Below, piece after piece: positions 27,558 through 34,647 of a stretch of DNA of 64,000 nt (positions within the stretch are counted from its first letter, which is position 1; each line of letters begins with the position of its first letter). A program made the translations under genes and the position numbers. Below the pieces are notes generated by a model. That model did no database searches. It was not told the origin of the DNA and worked only from the letters and a program-made list of their open reading frames with translations. Location: IMG/VR virus record IMGVR_UViG_3300031555_010338; one strand, given 5' to 3'. The DNA is from a virus. Its lineage: Duplodnaviria; Caudoviricetes.

Positions 27558-28300
27558 TGAAGTTCGTTGTAGGTGCAATTATCGTAGTTGTTCTTCTGGC
27601 GCTCATCATTTTCCCCGAATTTCGTAAGAAGCTGAAAGTCCTGGTCGGCGGTTTTCTGAATGTCTTTGTCGAGGATGCTGCCAAGACTCCTGAGGGTGCA
27701 AACGCCGTTTTCAATCAGGCTATCGAAGAAATGCAGGACAAATACAACCGTGCCGCAAATACTCTGAATAAGCTGTCTGGTGAGCTGAAACATGCCGAAG
27801 CAGCGGTTGACAGCATTACCAAGGAGATCAAAGAGGTGGAGGCAACCTGCGAACGACTGGTAAAGGCTGGTCAGTTGAACGATGCCGAGGTTTATGCTTC
27901 CCGCCGTGCCGAGCTTATTACCGAGCTTGAGCAGAAGAAAGAGTGTATTGTTCGCCTGAAGCCTATGGTTGCGGATGCGACCCAGATCTATGACACTCTT
28001 GGCAAGAAGCTCCGTGAGCTGAAGCGCAACAAGAAGGAAACCGTTGAGAAGCTGAAGATGAACGGTCAGTTGAAGGATCTGCTGGGTGATCTGGATGAGC
28101 TGAAAAAGGATACCGCAACGGCCAAGATGCTGGATGCTGTCATGGATGGCTCTAAGGATCTCCAGAAAGAGGTCGATGGCGCTCGTGTTGTTCACGAGAA
28201 CCGCGCATCTACCAAGATTGCTCGTGCGGAGCAAAAGGCCGCTCAGTTGAAGAGCGACGAATACCTTGAATCTCTCAAGAAGAAGTACGGAGGAAAGTAA
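27557..28300 (+). CDS. PspA/IM30-like coiled-coil protein with N-terminal TM
   Basis: TM helix, TPEGANAVFNQAIEEM, long coiled coil, ends YLESLKKKY. Confidence 0.65.
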   Translation: MKFVVGAIIVVVLLALIIFPEFRKKLKVLVGGFLNVFVEDAAKTPEGANAVFNQAIEEMQDKYNRAANTLNKLSGELKHAEAAVDSITKEIKEVEATCERLVKAGQLNDAEVYASRRAELITELEQKKECIVRLKPMVADATQIYDTLGKKLRELKRNKKETVEKLKMNGQLKDLLGDLDELKKDTATAKMLDAVMDGSKDLQKEVDGARVVHENRASTKIARAEQKAAQLKSDEYLESLKKKYGGK

Positions 28301-28302
28301 AG

Positions 28303-29889
28303 ATGAAACTGAGACTTACTAAGGCCGGTCGTGCCGTCCTGTTCATTGCCATTATCGTTGTGTTGGGTGTGGGTGGCTTCTTTGGCTATCAGCATTTCGC
28401 CGGTGACGGCGCAAGCCTGATCGACCAGTTCCAGAGCGATAAGCTTCCCAGCAACGATACAAATGCTGGTGTTACCGACACCGCAAAGCCCAATAATAAC
28501 ACCGCTCAGAATATCGACACCAATGACACCACCATCAATCTGTCTCTGGACGAGTGGATTGGTTGGAAGCCCATTATTGATGCCAATCAGGGCTTGACTA
28601 CCCAGCCTGGTTCTATCTTTGATAAGCTTGGTCTGAAGGTCAATATCAATATTATCAACGATGCAGATGCTTCCAGCAATGCTCTGATTAAGGGTGATCT
28701 GAATGCAGCCGGCTATACGCTTAACCGTACCGCATTCCTTTCTGGTAAGTTCAGTGATGCCGGCCTGGATGTTGTGATGCCCGTGTTCACCAATTACTCT
28801 GATGGCGGCGATGGCATTATCGCTCTGAGCAAGTACAACACCATTGAGAGCCTTGTTGATGCCAAGATCGGTGTACCCAAGTTCAGTGAGGCACAGTCCC
28901 TTGTTATCTGGTTTGTGAATAAGTCCGATCTGCCCGATGCAGATAAGCAGAAGATTATCGACAATCTGATCCTGCTGGACGATGCTGAGCAGACCGGCCA
29001 GGCATTCTTCGCAGGCAGTCTGGACGTTGCTGCAACTTGGCAGCCCTACTTGTCCAACGCAGAGAATAGCACCAATTCCCACATTCTGTTCGATACCACT
29101 TCCTCTAACAAGCTGATTATGGACGGCATTTTGTTCCGCTCCGATTTTGCACAGGCACATCCCGACATGATTTCCGCCTTTATCGATGGCATTTTCCAGG
29201 CCGAGGATATGTACGAAACCGAGTTTAAGTATATCCGTAAGGTAATGCCTATGTTCGCTGACTCTTCTGATGAAGACATTCTGAGCATGTGCGGTGACGC
29301 TGGCCTGATGGGTTATACCGAGAATGTAAACGCTCTGGAAAACGACTGCCCCACCGTGTATGCAGACATGTGTGCAATCTGGGAGAGCATTGGCGAGACT
29401 GTTGACAGAACTCTTGGTGCAACTCTGTTTGACACCAGCTATGTAAAGACCCTTTCCAATAACTATTCTTCTCTGCCCCAGCAGTCTACCTTTGAGATTA
29501 CCGAAGAGCAGAAGGAAAGTATCAAGGATGTTGCTGCTCTTCTGACCAAGAGCGCCACCATCAACTTTATCCCCGATACTGCGAAGTTCCTGGATAATGC
29601 AGAGGCTGATGCTGTTCTGAGCGAGTTCGTTGAGATGGCTAAGACTCTGGATGGTACTATCATCCAGATCGAGGGCAATATCAACTCCAACAGCAACACC
29701 GAGGGCGGTATGAAGCTGTCCGAGGAACGCGCAAAGACCGTTAAGAACTACTTTGTGGCAAACGGCATTGATCCCAACCGCATTATCGTAGTCGGTAACG
29801 GCAATACAAAGATGGTCGCTGATCCCAATGGCCCCAATGCGGAGCAGAACCGAAGAACCGATATCTTCTTCAAGACGATTGAAAACTAA
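28303..29889 (+). CDS. NMT1/THI5-like substrate-binding protein fused to C-terminal OmpA-like peptidoglycan-binding domain
   Basis: N-terminal TM; WIGW, SDGGDGI, DVAATWQPY; C-terminal IEGN...LSEERAKTVKNY...NRRTDI. Confidence 0.85.
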   Translation: MKLRLTKAGRAVLFIAIIVVLGVGGFFGYQHFAGDGASLIDQFQSDKLPSNDTNAGVTDTAKPNNNTAQNIDTNDTTINLSLDEWIGWKPIIDANQGLTTQPGSIFDKLGLKVNINIINDADASSNALIKGDLNAAGYTLNRTAFLSGKFSDAGLDVVMPVFTNYSDGGDGIIALSKYNTIESLVDAKIGVPKFSEAQSLVIWFVNKSDLPDADKQKIIDNLILLDDAEQTGQAFFAGSLDVAATWQPYLSNAENSTNSHILFDTTSSNKLIMDGILFRSDFAQAHPDMISAFIDGIFQAEDMYETEFKYIRKVMPMFADSSDEDILSMCGDAGLMGYTENVNALENDCPTVYADMCAIWESIGETVDRTLGATLFDTSYVKTLSNNYSSLPQQSTFEITEEQKESIKDVAALLTKSATINFIPDTAKFLDNAEADAVLSEFVEMAKTLDGTIIQIEGNINSNSNTEGGMKLSEERAKTVKNYFVANGIDPNRIIVVGNGNTKMVADPNGPNAEQNRRTDIFFKTIEN

Positions 29890-29914
29890 CATAGCCTAAA
29901 CAGGCATGGAAGTA

Positions 29915-29975
29915 ACGGCACTTACAGCAACTTTACTACACATAATTTGGGTTTATGATCGTGAAAATGTGCCGT
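29915..29975 (+). ncRNA. ACAGCAA-tagged RNA 1 carrying a Pro(TGG)-like anticodon stem-loop
   Basis: ACGGCAC/GTGCCGT closing stem, TTACAGCAA, inner CATAA-TTTGGGT-TTATG. Confidence 0.65.
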
Positions 29976-29996
29976 GTTGGAATACGAAATATAATA

Positions 29997-30053
29997 AAGG
30001 CGCTAACAGCAATGTTACAAAACATGGACTTGAAATCTATTCAAATGCGCCTT
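29997..30053 (+). ncRNA. ACAGCAA-tagged RNA 2 carrying a Ser(TGA)-like anticodon stem-loop
   Basis: AAGGCGC/GCGCCTT closing stem, TAACAGCAA, inner ATGGA-CTTGAAA-TCTAT. Confidence 0.65.
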
Positions 30054-30064
30054 GCAAAGAAAAT

Positions 30065-30157
30065 GGAGCAGTAAGCCTAACTGGTAAGATAGTCGCCTGC
30101 TAAGCGACGAGTAGCCGCGTAAGCGGTGTGCAGGTTCGAGTCCTGTCTGCTCCGCCA
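30065..30157 (+). tRNA. tRNA-Ser(GCT)
   Basis: GGAGCAG/CTGCTCC acceptor, GTCGC-CTGCTAA-GCGAC, long variable arm, GGTTCGAGTCC, encoded CCA. Confidence 0.9.
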
Positions 30158-30161
30158 TCAA

Positions 30162-30327
30162 GAGCAAGTAGGCAAAGAGAAAGCCTATTCATATCGACGA
30201 GCAATAACTGTAACACCTCCCTTTACTCACCATACATCCCCCTCCCTATCTCCTTTGTTCCCTGCTTCGTCGCATGAATACAAAATAGATTCGTCTATTG
30301 CATAGGAGCGTTGCCTATGCCTTGCTC
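30162..30327 (+). ncRNA. Structured ncRNA candidate with large C/U-rich loop
   Basis: Nested helices GAGCAAG/CTTGCTC, TAGGCAA/TTGCCTA, TATTCAT/ATGAATA, CGACGAGCA/TGCTTCGTCG enclosing an anti-SD-rich loop. Confidence 0.6.
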
Positions 30328-30340
30328 GATAAAAAAATCT

Positions 30341-30427
30341 GCTGGTGTGGTGGAATTGGCAGACACATCGGACTTAAGTTCCGATGCTCGTAAGGGCGTG
30401 TGGGTTCAAGTCCCACCGCCAGCACCA
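30341..30427 (+). tRNA. tRNA-Leu(TAA)
   Basis: GCTGGTG acceptor, TGGAATTGGCAGAC D-arm, TCGGA-CTTAAGT-TCCGA, variable arm, T-arm, CCA. Confidence 0.95.
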
Positions 30428-30432
30428 AACAC

Positions 30433-30546
30433 GGGAGCGTCTGGGCGGCAGCTTTTTACAGTGTATAGGACGGCGGACACTTACAGCAACTTTACAAAAA
30501 GAGTTATGGAAAAACTTAGCTTGCGGTTCGATTCCGCAGCTCCCCA
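30433..30546 (+). ncRNA. ACAGCAA-tagged RNA 3: degenerate tRNA-like with Ser(GGA)-like loop
   Basis: GGGAGC/GCTCCC acceptor, GACAC-TTACAGCAA tag, GAGTT-ATGGAAA-AACTT, T-arm TGCGG-TTCGATT-CCGCA. Confidence 0.6.
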
Positions 30547-30613
30547 AAGCCGTTAATTTTCTTCAAAGTCCGGTTAATTTTATTGGCAGTCGATGATAAG
30601 ACATAATAGACAT

Positions 30614-30729
30614 GCGGAAGTAGCTCAGTCGGTAGAGCAACAGTAAAAAAAATGTGTCGTGTATATGACGCACACAGCAATTTCAAATATGGGAACTGCG
30701 TGTCGGAGGTTCGAGTCCTCCCTTCCGCG
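30614..30729 (+). ncRNA. ACAGCAA-tagged RNA 4: tRNA with insertion in the anticodon loop (Pro-like TGG/GGG)
   Basis: GCGGAAG/CTTCCGC acceptor, canonical D- and T-arms, insert AATGTGTC..GACGCAC-ACAGCAA. Confidence 0.7.
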
Positions 30730-30736
30730 CGAATAT

Positions 30737-30853
30737 GCCAGGGTAGCTCAGTTGGATAGAGCGCGTAAATAACGCGACTTGTACAAGACGCTAACAGCAA
30801 TTTCTTTTGGTCTGTTAAACCCGTGGTCGTGGGTTCGAGTCCCACCCCTGGCG
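30737..30853 (+). ncRNA. ACAGCAA-tagged RNA 5: tRNA-Asn(GTT) with 43-nt insertion in the anticodon stem
   Basis: GCCAGGG/CCCTGGC acceptor, G73, GGT-CTGTTAA-ACC; insert 30766-30808 contains GACGC-TAACAGCAA. Confidence 0.75.
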
Positions 30854-30860
30854 CATTTAT

Positions 30861-30977
30861 ACGGTGGTCGTCAAGTGGTAAGACAGCGGCCATATAAAAT
30901 GTGACCGTAAGGCTCACTAACAGCAAAGTTATGAAGCCAAGCCGCCACCGCAGGTTCGATTCCTGCCCACCGTTCCA
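30861..30977 (+). ncRNA. ACAGCAA-tagged RNA 6: tRNA-Gly(GCC)-like with insertion in the anticodon loop
   Basis: ACGGTGG/CCACCGT acceptor, T73, CCA; GCGGC/GCCGC stem; insert AATGTGA..TCAC-TAACAGCAA before GCCAA. Confidence 0.75.
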
Positions 30978-31202
30978 CGGGGATAAGCTGACTTCGCCAT
31001 TCAAACAGCCCCTTATTAAACTGGTAGAAATGGCCTCTGGTACAGCAGAAGTAAAGAGGTATAGCCGGCGATGAGTCGTAGTAACCGGCGAGGTTAAGAG
31101 CTGACGCATGGGAACTGTAACTCCCTGGGCATCGTGAAAAGTCATCCACGGCCACACGGATGGTACGATGTACCGCTCCTGCATAGGTGCGCATATGCAA
31201 AT

Positions 31203-31287
31203 CGAGACACTTACAGCAACATTAAAGGTTAAAGTAGTTGGTAGCATTGCCGATGCGAGAAGGTTCAAGTCCTTCACTCGTGTCTCG
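31203..31287 (+). ncRNA. ACAGCAA-tagged RNA 7: terminal tag stem enclosing a D-loop/T-arm module
   Basis: CGAGACAC/GTGTCTCG, TTACAGCAA, AGTTGGTAG, GAAGG-TTCAAGT-CCTTC. Confidence 0.65.
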
Positions 31288-31299
31288 TAAACCTCCTTT

Positions 31300-31405
31300 A
31301 AGACACCTGCAGCAAATAACAATGGGAGTCGTTTTAATTGGTAAAGACGGCTGGATACCAGTCATGCGGGTTCGAGTCCCGTCTTCTATTAAAATGGCGT
31401 GTCTT
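31300..31405 (+). ncRNA. Tagged RNA 8: terminal tag stem enclosing a cloverleaf with minimised anticodon loop
   Basis: AAGACAC/GTGTCTT, variant tag CTGCAGCAA; AATGGGAG/CTTCTATT, D-loop TAATTGGTA, GGCTGG-ATA-CCAGTC, GCGGG-TTCGAGT-CCCGT. Confidence 0.65.
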
Positions 31406-31462
31406 GGGGAATCGCGTTTCTTTTATTGGAATTAGCAAAACAATTTAAGGAGGAACTAAGAA

Positions 31463-32980
31463 ATGAGCAATTTTATGTCTGCGGTCAAGAACACTCTGAA
31501 CAATGAGTGTAACTACTCCATGACGGAGAATGGTGCGCTGGGCTATCGCACCACCGGCAAGGAGCTGTTGGATCTCAACTTTGCGGTTGCTTCTCTGCGC
31601 CGCGCAACTCCCAGCGAAATCGCAAACCGATTTACAAAGGCTTTCTTTGAGGACAAGATCGTTGCGATGAAGTGGCTGTTCTTCGCCCGTGATGTTCGTG
31701 GTGGCCTGGGTGAGCGCCGCCTGTTCAGAACCATCCTGTCTAATATGGCTCACACAAACCCCGAATACATCGTACCTCTGCTGGAACTCGTTCCTGAGTA
31801 TGGCCGCTACGATGATCTGTGGTGTCTGCTCGATACCGAGCTGCAGAAGGATGTTCTGGATGTGATTTCCAAGCAGCTTACCGAAGACATCCAGAACTTG
31901 AAGGAAGGCAAGGGTATTTCCCTGCTGGCAAAATGGCTTCCTTCTCCCAATGCTTCTTCTAAGACTACCAAGCGGTATGCCAAGAAGATTTACAAGCACA
32001 TGGGCGTTTCTGAGCGAGACTACCGCAAGGCAATCTCTCGTCTGCGTACCAAGCTGGATGTCGTCGAGAAGAAGATGTCCGCTAAGCATTGGGGTGATAT
32101 CGCATATGAGGCTGTCCCCTCTCGTGCCAACCTGATCTACAACTCCGCTTTCCTTCGTAACGACGAAGAGCGCCGCCGTAACTTCCTCTCCAAGCTGGAA
32201 AAGGGCGAAGCAAAGATCAACGCATCCACCCTGTTCCCTCACGACATTGTACATCAGTATGGCCGAAAGAGTAGTGCTGATGCTACTTTGGAAGCTCTGT
32301 GGAAGGCTCTGCCTGACACCGTTCAGGGCTGCGGCAACACTATTGTTGTGGCAGACGGTAGTGGTAGCATGAGCGTCCGCGTTGGTGGAACTGATGTTTC
32401 TGCTCTGGAAGTTGCTAATGCACTGGCAATTTACTTTGCCGAGCGTTCTTCCGGTCAGTTCAAGGATAACTACATTACCTTCTCTGAGCGTCCTAAGCTC
32501 GTCAATCTGAGCAATGGAAAGAACCTGCGTGAGAAGATCCAGATCGCTCGTCGCCATAGCGAGGTAGCAAACACCAATATCGAAGCTGTCTTCGATCTGA
32601 TTTTGACTACCGCAAAGCGCGAGAATATGGCGCAGGAGGATATTCCTCAGAACATCCTTATCATCTCTGACATGGAGTTTGATGGCTGCGCGGTTTGCAC
32701 TACGAACCGTCGTCCTGATGCCCGTCTGTTCCAGGTGATTGCCAAGCGTTACGAAGACGCTGGCTATAAGCTGCCCCGCCTGGTGTTCTGGAATGTGAAT
32801 AGCAGAAGTGCTACCATTCCCGTTATCGAAAACGACATGGGTGTTGCGCTGGTAAGCGGCTTCAGCACCAATATCGTCAAGATGGTCATGAGCGGCAAGA
32901 CCGATCCCTATGAGTGCTTGCTGGAAACTCTGAACACCGAGCGTTATGCACCGATTGGTGAGGCTCTGAAGAGTCTGTAA
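31463..32980 (+). CDS. DUF2828-family protein (helical repeats plus C-terminal vWA; putatively TROVE/Ro60-like)
   Basis: TENGA, ARDVRGGLGER, YGRYDDL, AKWLPS, VPSRA, LFPHDIV; MIDAS DGSGSM, ISDMEFD, FWNV, VSGFS. Confidence 0.88.
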   Translation: MSNFMSAVKNTLNNECNYSMTENGALGYRTTGKELLDLNFAVASLRRATPSEIANRFTKAFFEDKIVAMKWLFFARDVRGGLGERRLFRTILSNMAHTNPEYIVPLLELVPEYGRYDDLWCLLDTELQKDVLDVISKQLTEDIQNLKEGKGISLLAKWLPSPNASSKTTKRYAKKIYKHMGVSERDYRKAISRLRTKLDVVEKKMSAKHWGDIAYEAVPSRANLIYNSAFLRNDEERRRNFLSKLEKGEAKINASTLFPHDIVHQYGRKSSADATLEALWKALPDTVQGCGNTIVVADGSGSMSVRVGGTDVSALEVANALAIYFAERSSGQFKDNYITFSERPKLVNLSNGKNLREKIQIARRHSEVANTNIEAVFDLILTTAKRENMAQEDIPQNILIISDMEFDGCAVCTTNRRPDARLFQVIAKRYEDAGYKLPRLVFWNVNSRSATIPVIENDMGVALVSGFSTNIVKMVMSGKTDPYECLLETLNTERYAPIGEALKSL

Positions 32981-32987
32981 TCGCAAT

Positions 32988-33018
32988 GGGGCGGCGGATA
33001 GTTACCGCCGCCTCTTTT
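32988..33018 (+). terminator. Rho-independent terminator
   Basis: GGGGCGGCGG/CCGCCGCCTC stem plus TTTT. Confidence 0.75.
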
Positions 33019-33039
33019 CACATATTAGGAGGAAACCAC

Positions 33040-33321
33040 ATGGATCTCGTAACGAAGTACATCATGACTCATTCCACCGGAAGCAAACGTCCGATTAGCG
33101 GAGCAGAAATTGCAAGAGCGTTTTGTATATCTGGCGTTGCAGTAAGGCGGCTTATCAATGCTGCCAGAACCAATGGCGATCCTATTTGCTCAAATGGCAA
33201 GGGTTATTATATTGCCAAGGACAAAGAAGAACTTCGCCGTACCATTGAATCCATGCAAGGCAGAATTAACATGATGAGTGATGCTGTCGCTGGTATGGAA
33301 AAGTGTCTGCGAGGTGCGTAA
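33040..33321 (+). CDS. Winged-helix HTH protein
   Basis: AGGAGG RBS; PISGAEIA...VRRLINAAR..GDPICS..KGYY. Confidence 0.75.
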   Translation: MDLVTKYIMTHSTGSKRPISGAEIARAFCISGVAVRRLINAARTNGDPICSNGKGYYIAKDKEELRRTIESMQGRINMMSDAVAGMEKCLRGA

Positions 33322-33644
33322 TGAGCAATGTGGTAATGACAAACCATAGTATCCAGCGCACAAAAGAGCGTGTTGGTTTGAGTAAGAAAATCGCAGACAA
33401 GAACGCTCAAAAGGCTTTGGAGTGCGGAATTACACATTCCGAGTGCAAGGCTGGCCTGCGCCGATACCTTGATAAACTGTACCTCTCGAATGGCAATGCG
33501 AACAATGTGCGGATATATCACCGCTTTGTATATATGTTCCGAGATAACAAATTGCTTACGATCCTCCCGCTACCTCGTAAGTTTTATGACTTGGCTGATA
33601 AACTTCAGCAACAAAAGGCTGGTGAAAAACGTGAAGACGGCTGA
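33321..33644 (+). CDS. Small basic protein, possible BECR/RelE-like RNase fold
   Basis: TNHSIQRTKER N-terminal motif and terminal YMFRDNKLLTIL strand; TAATG coupling. Confidence 0.5.
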   Translation: MSNVVMTNHSIQRTKERVGLSKKIADKNAQKALECGITHSECKAGLRRYLDKLYLSNGNANNVRIYHRFVYMFRDNKLLTILPLPRKFYDLADKLQQQKAGEKREDG

Positions 33645-34629
33645 TGAAATCTTAAATGCAAATAAATGTGGAGACATATTTAGCTGCGCTGATAAAAAGA
33701 CCGTGATATCCGAGTATCGGCAACTGGCAAAGATTTTTCATCCCGATCATTGCTTTCTGCCAAACGCCAATGCAATCACTTCAAGACTGAATGATTTGTA
33801 CGAAAAGGCGTTAGAGCTGATTGAGCGTGGAGAGTGGGAGATTAGCAATGTAATTGAACTGCGTGACATGACTGGCAAAAAGTATATCGGGCGATATTTG
33901 AAAGCTTATCATTTTGAGCTTGGCATGTTGTATGTGTCGGATTCTTCTATTACATACGTTTTTGAAAAGCAGCATGAAAAATTCTTTGAAAATGCGCTTT
34001 CACAAATCAAGTCTTTGCGGTATGCAAGCCCAGAGATGGAAAAAGAGATCTCAAGGTATATGCCGACCATTCGTTACAGCTTTAAGATGCCTGACGGTAG
34101 ATGCTGTTTGATTATTTCAAAGACACCGGATGTATATTTGCTGGCAGATGTCCTCGAATTTTACGGTGGGACAATACCAGATCGGCATGTTGCCTGGATC
34201 ATGAGTAGGTTGTGCAACCTGTGTTGCTATTTTGAATATCTGGGCATTGCCCATAATGGCCTAACATTGCAGACCTGCTTTATCTCTCCGCAGTATCACA
34301 CAATTCTTCCGCTTGGCGGATGGTGGTATGCACGGAACATAGGAGATCCCTTAATCGGCGTATCTCGTTCCGTTTATGATGTCATGTCTGTAAAGGCGAA
34401 GAGCGATAAAGTATCCTCTATTCGGACGGACTTAGAAGCAGCAAAGCTTATTGGCCGTCAGACAATCGATCAGAAATGTGCGCCGCAGCCGATTTTGGAC
34501 TTCTTGAATGCAGGCTCTTCTTCTAAGGCAACAGAAGAGTTTGGTAAGTGGAGCAAAACACTTGATGCGGCTTATGGTAAGCGACAGTTTGTTGAAATGA
34601 AAGTCAGCAAATTGGACATATACAAATAA
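33631..34629 (+). CDS. J-domain (HPD) fused to degenerate protein-kinase-like domain
   Basis: YRQLAKIFHPD; HVAWIMSRL, IAHNGL, LGGWWY; GTG start 33631. Confidence 0.75.
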   Translation: MKTADEILNANKCGDIFSCADKKTVISEYRQLAKIFHPDHCFLPNANAITSRLNDLYEKALELIERGEWEISNVIELRDMTGKKYIGRYLKAYHFELGMLYVSDSSITYVFEKQHEKFFENALSQIKSLRYASPEMEKEISRYMPTIRYSFKMPDGRCCLIISKTPDVYLLADVLEFYGGTIPDRHVAWIMSRLCNLCCYFEYLGIAHNGLTLQTCFISPQYHTILPLGGWWYARNIGDPLIGVSRSVYDVMSVKAKSDKVSSIRTDLEAAKLIGRQTIDQKCAPQPILDFLNAGSSSKATEEFGKWSKTLDAAYGKRQFVEMKVSKLDIYK

Positions 34630-34647
34630 TTTTAGGAGGTTTTATTT

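Noticed and set aside
30614-30977. Group I/II or archaeal BHB introns in the interrupted tRNAs
   Set aside because: Inserts are only about 40-45 nt, lack catalytic cores or clear BHB motifs, and lie at differing positions.
30978-31020. HDV-like (theta) ribozyme after the tRNA-Gly-like 3' end
   Set aside because: Could not build the nested double pseudoknot by eye.
29915-31405. CRISPR array or DGR suggested by the recurring ACAGCAA motif
   Set aside because: The repeats are short, irregularly spaced, and conserved in structure rather than sequence; no cas operon or reverse transcriptase is in the window.
28243-32986. Long antisense ORFs (28243..29892, 31445..32986; also 4057..5541 and 42088..43437)
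   Set aside because: Mirror-frame shadows of well-supported + strand genes, with no motifs or RBS.
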